From the NCBI GenBank assembly GCA_051294375.1, contig JBJCIZ010000378.1:16489-66804 (forward strand): 50,316 nt of DNA. The letters run 5' to 3'. The stretch is from Paraspadella gotoi (taxonomy: Eukaryota; Animalia; Chaetognatha). Position 1 is the stretch's first letter. The number at the start of each line of letters is the position of its first letter. The notes under the pieces are model-generated. The model saw nothing but the letters and a program-made list of their open reading frames with translations, ran no database searches and was not told the DNA's origin. Shown piece after piece: positions 39,237 through 49,018 of the stretch. Made by a program: the position numbers and the translations under genes.

Positions 39237-39673
39237 CTATTGTCTGCGCAAAGGTCTCCGCCCATCTCGTTGAGTGGAGATAGGAGAATCATTGTGCAGG
39301 CGTGGTGGAGACGGGGTCTCCACCACGCTTTTGAGAAGCGAATCATAGCTTGGAGGGAGGTTGAATCGTCCTCCATCACGATTCAAAGAGGGCTCGAGGG
39401 CTTTGGTGTAAATTGCCTCTCTAATGCCTCTTGAGAACCAGTTCGGGTCATGAGACAGCACGAGACAGTCTGTTTCTCTAAATAAGTGGACAGGTAATGG
39501 CCTCAGGCATCGCGGTAGGGCTTTGTGTGCTGTTGGAAACGGTCTATAAGAGATTTGCCTGTCTCGCCTATGTATGCTGCTGTACAGGCTTGGTTGCCCG
39601 CCTCTGCACAGGCCACCAAATAGACAGCTCCTGATGTTTTCGGTCTGGGGATTTTATCTTTTGGTTTCATCAA
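39237..39673 (-). pseudogene. Penelope-type GIY-YIG endonuclease domain, disrupted
   Basis: KPKDK...SGAVYLVAC...CTAAYIGETGKSLIDRFQQH, then LSHDPNWFSRGIREAIY...PSLNRDGGRFNLPPSYDSLL in a second frame. Confidence 0.92.
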
Positions 39674-39743
39674 TTGTTCTCTCTTTCTCTCTCTCCCTTG
39701 TTTATGCACCAAATAATTAAATATTTCACAACTGTCTTTAACT

Positions 39744-39784
39744 GCGCTGATGAAGGTTCGTAAACCGAACCGAAACAAGTCCGT
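39744..39784 (+). ncRNA. Minimal type I hammerhead ribozyme (inverted pLTR copy)
   Basis: GCG CTGATGA A GGTTCG TAAAC CGAACC GAAA CAAG TC^ CGT; predicted cleavage after 39781. Confidence 0.85.
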
Positions 39785-40678
39785 TTATTATTAAATAAAC
39801 TCGTTGCTGAATCACAATTTAAACTTTTTCCTTATGTCCCAAAGGCAACGAAAAAGAAAGGAAATTATAACAGGGTAAATTATTTAAAAATTAAAATTAA
39901 TATTTTTTTCAAATTTTTGGGGGAAGATGTACCTATATTGAAGCTTGAAGAAAAAATTTATTTTTAAATTAATTGAAAGAAGACTGTCTATAAAACTCGT
40001 TGTGATCCTCAATTTTTTAGTTTAAAGTCTTTTTAACCAAAAGTCGGAGAAAGTTGGGAGTGGTCTTAAATTAAAGCTCTAGGTTTACTAATATCGTTTG
40101 ACATAGAGAGGTTTGAATATTTTGCAAAATTAGTACAAAAGTTATCAAATTTTCTCAAAAATTAACTTACCAACTTCAACTGCAATTAAAAAAAAACTGA
40201 GTTTGGAATATATTTTCGACTTAGCCTAAGCTCTTGTCCTGACAGCAACCTTTCAGGTTTTCATCATTCCAGAGATGGTATATTTCCATATTTTTTTTCC
40301 TCCTATAAAAAGAAACATGCTTAGATATAAAAAATTTCAAAGTTGCTTGTTTTACTATATTAGACTAAGTTAGATAGCTATTTTTTAAATGAATATAAAA
40401 GTTGAGTATATTTTACATAAGTATTTGATTTAGCTATTATTTATTTCATAAATATTTATTTCGTAAATATTTATTTCATATAATGTTATGGGGAGAGGAA
40501 AGTTAATGCTGTCTTCTGGAAATAGAGGGAGCATCTATTTCAGGAAATGTATGAATACAAGGTGGAAACTAGTGAACTAACCGGTAAACTGAGAAAAAAA
40601 GGAAAGAGAAGAGAAGATAAAAAAGAAAAGAGGCAAAGATAAGAATTGAATCGCGAAGGTAGAAAAGTAGAATTAGAA

Positions 40679-40900
40679 GAAATAGAAAAGATAAATGAGG
40701 AAGAGAAGGAGAGAAACTCAAAGGTAGAAAAGATAAGAGAGGAAGAGAAGTAGAGAAGCTCAAAGGTAGAAAATATAAGTGAGGAAGAGAAGAATAGAAG
40801 TTCAAAGGTGGAATAGAAAAGTGAGGAAGAGAAAAATAGAACCTCTAAGGTAGAAAAGATAAGTGAGGAAGAAAATAATAGAAGCGGAAAGGTAGAGAGG
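40679..40900. repeat. 42-bp purine-rich minisatellite, ~5 copies
   Basis: AAGGT at 40721, 40763, 40805, 40847 and 40889 (exact 42-bp period). Confidence 0.9.
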
Positions 40901-41010
40901 AAAAGTGACGTAGAGATCTCGCTCTCTCGCTCTTCTGCTTTGTTCCTCTTTCCATCCCACGTCGAACTATTTCTGGCTCGGAGGGCGGAGAACAACAACT
41001 CGGCTGAATT

Positions 41011-41047
<37 letters not shown>

Positions 41048-41124
41048 AGCTCCGACTGTCACTCTCTCTCTCAAACGATCTCAGTAATAGAATTTTTACA
41101 AGCAGAAGTAGAGGTGACGTAATG

Positions 41125-41666
41125 CTAATAAATTATATTTACTAATTTTGTTCAATTATAAGAATGATTATAAAAGAAATAAATAATAAATAAGTATGAA
41201 AATATTACTTGTAAGTCGATTATCTCGTGATTGAATCATCTTAAAATGATAAAAATGGGTTCATCTGAAAGGTCTTGAAAAATGCATCAGGATGAATACA
41301 TAATGAAATATATTTGGTATAAAATTAAATCTAAAAGGTTATCTAAAGCAATAATAACAAATAACGTTAAAATTTATTTTATTATTTTTTCTCATTTGTC
41401 CTTACTTAGTTTAATTACAAAAAAGCCTTAAAGTTTAAACTATTTAATTTTACTTTTTACAAACAGGAGTAAATATGACTTAATTCTAATAAATTATATT
41501 AAATAATTTTATACTATTATAATAAATGATTATAAAAAAAATAAATAATAAAGAAATATGAAAATATTACTTGTAAGTCGATTATCTTGTGAATGAATTA
41601 TCTTAAAATGATGGAAATGGGTTCATCTGAAAGGTCTTGAAAAATGCATTAGGATAAATACATAAT
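41125..41666. repeat. Direct duplication (~180 bp conserved, ~362-bp spacing)
   Basis: CTAATAAATTATATT...GGGTTCATCTGAAAGGTCTTGAAAAATGCAT...ATACATAAT at ~41125-41304 and ~41487-41666. Confidence 0.9.
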
Positions 41667-41677
41667 TTCACTTATTT

Positions 41678-41912
41678 GCTTGAAACTTGAAACTTGAAAC
41701 TTGACTAAGCCACAGACGTTAGCGCTAAGGGTTTGGCGCCGATTTGCAGCTTCCGAGAGACCGTCAAGACTCGTTGGCAACTCCGTGGCATTGCCGTAAC
41801 AACGCACTAGAAACGCCGTGGCAGAGCCGTTCCTCTTTATGCGATATGTCTCCCTGGGAAGGAGACAAAGAAAGGGTTACTGGAAAGGTAACTTAGCGAA
41901 GGTAGGCCCTAT
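41678..41912 (-). mobile_element. Short retroposon (SINE or LINE 3' end) with (CAAGTTT)n tail
   Basis: GC-rich ~210-bp island ending on the minus strand in TCAAGTTTCAAGTTTCAAGTTTCAAG. Confidence 0.45.
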
Positions 41913-42390
41913 GTTTGTATAATGACGTTCTGGTTTGTATATATACCTTTTAAACAAGCTAACAAGTTATGAAATTGGTACTATCAATATAAAAATCATC
42001 CATTTAATTAATAAATAAGTGTTGGTAACGTGACTTGTGGCCCTCAAAAAGATGACGGATAGAGAGCTGGATTATGCATAATCTGTCTAATTAGTTTTTT
42101 GAAGTTACCTGAAATAATTGTAGATTTGCCCCAGTTGTAAAATGTAATTTAAACCATGATAAAATATTGCTTCTTACTCCCTTGAGATCTAAAAATGGAA
42201 TGCACTTAATTCTCTGCCTCCTTCCCGTCTCTCTTCCTTTGTTTATCTAATTCCCTAAATGTTTACAAAATAGGAGCCGAGCTCTGAGAATCTACAGAAT
42301 ATTAAACTTTGAAACTAAGAAAATTTAGAGAGACAAAAATTGAATGAAAGTTAATAACTAAATTGGAGGCCAATTAAAATATTACTAACA

Positions 42391-42400
42391 TCTCCCCCCC
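42391..42400 (-). promoter_or_regulatory. Polypurine tract (plus-strand primer)
   Basis: Minus strand reads GGGGGGGAGA immediately followed by TGTTAGTAAT. Confidence 0.75.
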
Positions 42401-42873
42401 AAAACAAATTTTGTTAAAAGGCAGGTAAATAAACAAGCTAACAATTAGTACAAATGATTACATGTAAAGCACTAATACAAATAATCTTAATAGTTATGAC
42501 AGCATTACAATTGATCACATTTAGCTAAATATAGGAAAAGTAAATAAAGGTTAAAAATAAATCGACGCTGCATTTAATAAGTAAATCGTAGCAAAATATA
42601 AAAGTGTTTTGAGAAGAAGGCAAAACTGTTGGCCAAACAGTTCGGTAAAGGTTACAATAAATCAATTTTATTTTGGATCCAATTACAAAATATAAATAAA
42701 CATTTCACAAAACATTCTCACGCAATATCTCGATCGTTCATCGTTCGGATCATTCACACTCGATCTATTTTCGATATCTTATCAAAATTCTCGCTTCGAT
42801 TTAATTCGGTCGGATTGGTTCGTTCAATCGTCGAAACTAAACTCATCTTGCTCTTCCTACTCACGAGTCCGAA

Positions 42874-44031
42874 ATGGTAAGTGTGACGGATAAGTTCAGT
42901 ATCTTCTTCTAAAGTGCGCAAATTATATTTCAGAACTTGTTTTCAATAAAATTTATCGTAACATTAAATTAATCTTTACACCTTAAATAAAAAAATGTTC
43001 AGAATGATTTCCGTAATCATTATCTTGCTTTTTCTCGGCCTTTCGGAGACGAGCTCAGACGTGCTGAGCCCAGAGGAAGGGCTCGCAGTGCTGTGCCGGC
43101 AGCCTCAGTTCGCTGAGGCCGTCGAGTGCCGCAATGCGGTTCTTCCGACGGGCGACGCCGTCTTTTTAACGGCGGCGGTCGGGACAGCGACAACTCCGAA
43201 TTTAATTTCGAGTTCGACGCCGTCTTTGGTCGTTTGCTCGTACGCAATGACGGCTCTAGAGAAGGTGCTAGTTTCGATCGGCGGCTGCATAGGAACATAT
43301 ATCATAATCGTTTTTGTTTTGCGTTTCGGCGCAAAGATGGGTTGGGTCGATGCCCTTACCCTGGCGGCCAGTAGAGGGAGGGGGCCAGGTGCCAGGTGTG
43401 TGTGGCATGTATACCAAAATCCGGAAGTGCCCGATACACTAGAGATGCAGATGTCTAAGGTTAATTATACTTCGATAGAGCCAGAGCGGGTTTTTAGTAA
43501 CATTTTATATATCGATTTGGTAAGAATTTTCATAACCCTAATTCAGAATACTTTTCGTTTAGTCTGCTGCGCCTTTTTACACGCTTCTTGCCAAACTCGG
43601 CTGGAAATACGGGAAATCATGTTCGATTCCCGTCACCACTCAGGGTGTGTTCGGCATCTGTCAGCCCGACCACTCATCACTCTATTTGGTCATTCTTGTC
43701 ACGCTATCAATCGTCTGTCTCGCCTTACTCATTGGCATCGTCGTTCTGCAATGTCGTTGTTGTGTCGGTAAGTGACAGGTGCAGATTAATTCAGTGCTGA
43801 CATGCAAAAATTTGATATATTATTGAAATGAAATTTTGCAAATAAATCGTGCAGACAGATAGTAAAAAGGGTGCAAACAAATTTGTGATTTCAGGATCGT
43901 CAAGTTCAAAGTATCGTTTATCAGTTCCTTCTCTGCTCAGTCATCGCAACAAGAGTAAGAAACGCCCGGTCGCGCCTCAGCGCAAATCGAAAAACCAAAT
44001 CGTCGACATCGAAGATCACTCCGAAGTCTAG
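42874..44031 (+). CDS. Predicted spliced small single-pass membrane protein (114 aa), FAST/p10-like; exons 42874-42876, 43563-43767, 43895-44031
   Basis: ATG|GTAAGT donor; TTTTCGTTTAG| phase-0 acceptor; G|GTAAGT...ATTTCAG|GA in-frame junction. Product: MSAAPFYTLLAKLGWKYGKSCSIPVTTQGVFGICQPDHSSLYLVILVTLSIVCLALLIGIVVLQCRCCVGSSSSKYRLSVPSLLSHRNKSKKRPVAPQRKSKNQIVDIEDHSEV. The first exon is uncertain (other phase-0 donors at 43460 and 43520). Confidence 0.6.
42995..43519 (+). CDS. Signal-peptide type I membrane protein of unknown function (5' part of ORF 42995-43771)
   Basis: A-rich context before ATG; hydrophobic leader MISVIIILLFLGLSETSS; CRQPQFAEAVEC (Cx10C); S/T-rich stalk; TM VLVSIGGCIGTYIIIVFVL followed by R..K; GC-rich coding-like composition. 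True C-terminus unclear. Confidence 0.6.
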
Positions 44032-44134
44032 GTGAGAAGACACAATTAGTAAATATTTCGATGTAATTACAATCCCATTAATAATTATATTAATCCTTTC
44101 AGTTTCGTTGAGTTGAGATTTAAGCAAAGTTCGA

Positions 44135-44379
44135 AAATAAGTTCTTCAACGATTTTTATTTTTGTACGGACATGTTTCGACTCTTTTTCGAGCCTTCATC
44201 AGCGTTAATAAATATTTACAAATTTGTGCAAAAGAAGGGAGAGAGAGAGAGAGAGAGAGAGAGAAAGAAAGAGAGAGGGCAAAAAGTTTCCAACACAGAG
44301 ATAGTGGTTTAAAGAATGAGTACAGTTTAAGTTGAGGACAGATCAGTTGTGAAAAAAAGTGAAATGGTCAATTGGTGAA

Positions 44380-44410
<31 letters not shown>

Positions 44411-44589
44411 AACAGAGAGAGACAAAATAATACATTGTGCAATGTACAACCAGGAATAAGTTTAAACTAATAGTGAATTTAACAATTAATCTAATAATAA
44501 ATCGATAGTAATGAAAGGAAAGAAAGTTTTTAAATGTGAAATGATACATTTTTTGTGAGGGATAGATAAGTGACTGTTAAAGTGAAAAA
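44135..44589 (-). mobile_element. Solo/partial Penelope-like pLTR, diverged relative of 38490-38900
   Basis: Shares GTGCA.AAGAAGGG(GA)nGGGCAAA..TTTCCAACACAGAG and AAAGTGAAATGGT..(GA)n..ATAATACATT with 38514-38710; carries a hammerhead. Confidence 0.75.
44166..44205 (-). ncRNA. Minimal type I hammerhead ribozyme (variant)
   Basis: Minus strand: ACG CTGATGA A GGCTC GAAAAA GAGTC GAAA CATG TC^ CGT. Confidence 0.9.
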
Positions 44590-44955
44590 TTAAGAATCAT
44601 TTTGAGCTCTATCATAATTGATGATTTGTTTAGCTCGTTCCTTCGATACATGAGAACGAATGATTTGACAAATGGGTAGTAATATCTTAGTATTATCAAT
44701 AATGTTTTGTACTTTATACATCCCGGTTCCCACTCTCTCTAAAACTTCATAAGCGGCGACAATTTGTTTCTGTAATTTTTTATTCATGTTGGTCGCAAAA
44801 GACATTCGTTTTCGAAATACTATGTCTCCTTTACTTAACGCTTTGGTTTTATCTCGAGGATTTAAATGTTGCTGATAAGATAATAAATTCTTATATGCCG
44901 CAAAATGAATTTCACGGTGCATTTCTAATAACATATTAAATGCTAATGCATTGAT
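44590..44955 (-). pseudogene. C-terminus of a Gypsy-type integrase (SH3-like domain), 5'-truncated
   Basis: LSKGDIVFRKRM...KKLQ...YEVLERVGTGMYKVQN fits the GDxV...KL...YxV...YxV integrase C-terminal pattern; the GPY motif itself is not conserved. Confidence 0.65.
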
Positions 44956-45097
44956 CTGCCACTTCCGCCCATAACTCAAAGTACGCCGTTTCATGCTCTT
45001 CATCGATCATATCTCGCTCGTGCCAGCGCTGCGGAAGAAGGCAGAACCTCGCACCATGAGGCAGACCTACCAGTTGGCGGGCATCGCCGAATTTAAG
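44954..45097 (+). pseudogene. Gypsy RNase H fragment, CsRN1-like
   Basis: ICHFRP*LKVRRFMLFIDHISLVPALRKKAEPRTMRQTYQLAGIAEF resembles the HFR..LEGR.F...TDH..L......P...RQ...L..I.EF RNase H end. Confidence 0.75.
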
Positions 45098-45197
45098 GAG
45101 CCGCTGCAGATTGAAAAGGTTGTTCCAAGGGTTGGATTGTCCCTGGGTTGTACCTCTTCTAGTGTGCTGACAACAAGGAAGTATTAGAGATGGTACT

Positions 45198-47121
45198 GTG
45201 ATGTCGCATGCCATTCCTAAGACTGAGCGGAATCAAAGCCGCCCTTGCAAGGCCACTGAGGGACAATCTTCCCACTCAAGCAGGCAGTCAAGGAGTGTGA
45301 GGAATTGGGGATCAGCCAGCTTAGTAACTGAAAAAAGATTTAATGAGCAAGATTTTACCCTGTCCTCTAAGTCTTATGAACAGAAGAAGATAGAGGTTGA
45401 GGACAGAAAGAGAGAGTATGAAAAGGAAAAGCTGGAATTAGAAGAAAGGCTCAGAGAATTGAATGAAAAGAAAAGAGCCAGAAAGAAGGAAGAAAGGAGA
45501 AGGAAAGCCTCCAAGGAAAGAAGAAAGGATTTAGATAAGAAAAGAACTAAGGCTGTTCTTATGGCTAGATCACAAATGACAACTCAGGAGTTGGTTGAAT
45601 ATTTGCAAAAAAGACGCTCCTCTGAGAAAAAAGATGTCATTTGTGATAATGATAAATGTATGACCTCTTCCAGCTCTACTGAAGCTCAGGAGTTGAAGTC
45701 CTTTGGAAATCCAGAGGCAGTTTTCTCCTTCAGTGACGGCACTTCCATCAATGCTGAAGATAAAGAACAGAAAACTGCTCAACCAAATTTTGAATTAGGA
45801 TCTGTTAATACCGCCTCTTCCAGTAAACCTGATGCAGAGGATTGGAATCCAGATCAAAGTATTGAAGAAAGTGTGATCTCCTCCAGTGAAGACCCCAAGG
45901 CTACCACTGTCGAGATGGATCCTAAAATTAAGATGACAGATAATGACTGTCAGCATTTGGCCAGTCTGACTAACCCTTTGGAAAATGTTCATGCCTTGGC
46001 GGATTATCCAGCCATGCTGAATGTCCATAGAGATGAGTCTGACTTGAAAATCTCCACTCACCCTGGTGGTGTCGACTGTGACCCATTCTGACACAAATTT
46101 ACCAACTGAGGTGACCCTGGAGAGAGAGAAGCTGACTGATCAGTAAAATCCGGACTCCAGGCCAGAATTTGGTCACCCACCTATTGAAAAAGAGGGTCAA
46201 GTACCCAACAAAAAGATTGACTGGATCTTGGCAGCGGATCTGCAGCATAACTCTTTTGGAGAAGCTGCTCCAGCTCATGAGGTTGGCCAGGGTGGTGATT
46301 TTCCCACTCTTCCCATCTACTGAGTTGGAAACTGCTGATCGATTAGGTTTTTCCAGGCAAAATTGCCTGAATGAGAATCTAGAGTTGAAGACAGAATCAG
46401 GACAAGGTTGTAGCAGACATGCCTGCTAGAAATGATGCCCAGACTCTTAAGAACTTAGAAAATGAAAATGATATTGGTTTAGAAGTTCACCTTCTGAAGC
46501 AGAAGGCTGGAGCCCTAATAAATCTGATATGGAAAATACTGAAGATGATTGTCAGCAGCAGGCTGCTCCAATGAGCCTATCTCAGGAGGCTGAACCTACA
46601 GGTCGATGCCAATCTGTAGTGAACCTCCAAAGAGGTGGCAAGTCTGGATTGACAGCCTTTATGGCACACTTTGGGGCTGGACTGTGACCGGGAAGAAAAG
46701 CCTTTCAGGACCAGTTCTGTCTGCTTTGATTACCCTGAATCTATATACTACTGTAAAGAAGGTTGAATTGTCAAAAGAAAAACATGATTTAACCCCGTCA
46801 GTAGATTTGCAGCAAACCTCTTTCAAAGGTGCTGCTCCGCCTGTTCCAGAGCTGGAATCTGCTGATGGAGGGGGCTCCGCCTTAAAGCATGACCCAGAGA
46901 GAAAGCAAAGGTCATGTGGGCGACGTAATGCCAAAAGACGAAGTAAGAAAAGAAATGGTACAATGAATGACAGACTGACTGACCTTGTTGACAGTCAGAC
47001 AAGTGGTAAACGTCAGAACATGTCAAAGGAACCTGCTGGTGAAAGATTGAAACGTGAAAGGAGGACCTCCGCTGGTCAGCAGAAGGAGGGGGGAGAGCCT
47101 TCAACAAGGGTTCCCCTTTAG
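45198..47121 (+). pseudogene. Disrupted low-complexity coding region (charged coiled coil, acidic/Ser-rich, basic tail); unknown product
   Basis: ORFs 45198-46091 (297 aa) and 46606-47121 with coding-like composition between them; AATAAA at 47211-47216. Confidence 0.5.
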
Positions 47122-48631
47122 TCTGTTTGGCTATTTTATATTGTATTGTTTTCTTGGTGTAAATACTTTACCTAGCTATTATTTGTACATGTTGTGCTTT
47201 TTAAATTGTTAATAAAAACAAAATTGGAATGCGTGATATATCAGTCATCTCCTCGTCATTTGAAAGAAAAAAGACGGAAAAATGTAAAAATGACGTAACT
47301 CGTTAAGCGGATTATTCCTCTCTTCAATTTTACTAGTTTTTTTCCTCTTTCGTTTTTCATTTTTTCTATCTCCATCTCTCTCTTTTACAACTTTACCCCA
47401 TCTCCCACTCATCATTAATCTACCTTTTTTCGCTCTTACTTTTTTCTCAACCTCTCTTCCTTCACTTTCTTCACCTCTCAATTACACTTATATATCTTTT
47501 CCTTCACTTCCTCCATCTTCTCTATTCACTCTTCCTCCCTCTTCTCTTCTATTTCCTTTCCCTCTCCTCTCTCATCATTTCCTCTCTCTACTTCCTCTGC
47601 CCCTTTATCTTTCTCCTCCCTTTCCCCCTCACTCCTCTCCCTCTATTTTTTCATCCCTCTCCGTCTCCCGCATTTCGCAATAAACATAATCCGTGTCGCG
47701 ATTGAGACTCGCGAGTCCCATTGACTTAACGACGCCACGAGTCCTTTTTTTTTCAACCAAAAAATAAAGAAGAAAACTTTCTTTGCCCTCCTTTCTTTTT
47801 ATCTTCTTTTTATCTTCCTGTCCTTTTTTAGATAAGTTTTTTCTCCAAACCTTTCGTTTCCTTAACCCTTTTCGTCCTGTTTATATTTTTCTTCGATGTT
47901 TTACTTTTTTCTACAAATAATTTTCCTTCGCCCGACTCCACCCCACACTGCCCGATTTTTCAAAAAGACCTCCAGGTTAACGCAAACAAAAAGAGAGAGA
48001 TTCGACCGTACGACCTCGTTCGCCCTCTCTCTCTTTTACCGGTTTGCTCCCGCCCTTTCTCTCTCATTTAAGTAAGGTAGAGCAGAGATTTCGACATGAA
48101 AACCAGAATGGATTTTATTCTCAGAAATATAATCAAGCGAAGAAACGGAGTGAGAATTAGAGAGACGAATAAATCGATTACAAAAAACGATCAGTATTTA
48201 TACAGGTCAATGCGATCATCGACACGGGTTCATTTTCCGCGATGGCAAGAATGCTCTTCTTCTCATTTGGTCCGTTCCGATGGTGATTCGTCCAATGAGA
48301 GAATCTTCGGCGATTCTATCCGCAGTCGCGGATGCCGATTCCATTTTGGTTTCGATTAGATATGGCTTTCTCATCTTGAAATAGCTTTGAAATTTCATAT
48401 TCCATTTGGATTCAAATATTTTTGGTTTGAATTTCCACTTCAATATTTGGTTATCATTGAAGGCAGGCTCGATCCTATTCTTTTAAGATTTTTTAGTCGG
48501 ATCTGCTTTCAGCAGATCCCGGACTCTATAATTCACTTTGTCGGTCCGTTGTCCGCCCCCTCAATATTGTCGGGCAGTCACTTATATCGATCAGCAGAAC
48601 ATCAAATTATGATAAATTATGCAAAAAAAAC

Positions 48632-48960
48632 GATGTCCGTCCATCCGTCCCACCTTAGCAAAAAACTCCAAATTACTCTTGATTGGATGGATGGATTGGA
48701 ATGAAATTTTGTGTGTGGGTAGGGAAGTGTGTGATTGAGCTGGATATGAAGTTTCGATGGAATCGTGCAAGTGAAATGAGTTTAAATGGAAAAAACAAAA
48801 AAATATATTTCACTATTTGAACACCAATTACTCATGGGTGGATGGGGCGATTGACTTGAAATTTTGTATTTGGGGTGGAAAGAGTGTGTGATTAAACTGG
48901 AAATCAAGTTTCGATGGAATCGTTTGAGTGGAAATGAGTTTAAATGGAAAAAAACAAAGA
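48632..48960 (+). mobile_element. DINE-1/Helentron-like non-autonomous element fragment
   Basis: GTCCGTCCATCCGTCC microsatellite, then GGATGGATTGGAATGAAATTTTG and a ~160-bp internal duplication (AAGTTTCGATGGAATCG x2). Confidence 0.45.
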
Positions 48961-49018
48961 ACCTGTTTCCTAATTGATTTGCTTCTTTTTCTTTTTAATT
49001 TAAAGGTAAATGCAAGAT

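Larger units (their letters stand above)
37330..39873 (-). mobile_element. 5'-truncated Penelope-like retroelement with inverted partial pLTR
   Basis: GIY-YIG coding fragment; 39683-39834 is the reverse complement of 38482-38540 joined to 37327-37423; 14-bp direct repeat GGTAAATTATTTAA at 37316-37329 and 39874-39887. Confidence 0.9.
40484..42390 (-). mobile_element. Putative 3' LTR of a minus-strand Gypsy-type element (may include later insertions)
   Basis: Begins TGTTA (40484) and ends TAACA (42390), abutting a polypurine tract. The 40484 end is also delimited by the solo copy at 6499. No second LTR in the window to confirm. Confidence 0.55.

Noticed and set aside
40540-40998. 152-aa hydrophobic ORF
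   Set aside because: It is the reverse strand of the 42-bp purine minisatellite.
43520-43771. C-terminal third of the 258-aa ORF 42995-43771 as real protein
   Set aside because: It crosses a predicted intron, and the alternative frame gives a far more coherent TM protein.
48096-48704. ORFs 48096-48359, 48216-48443 and 48387-48704
   Set aside because: Short, overlapping on both strands, with no recognisable motif.
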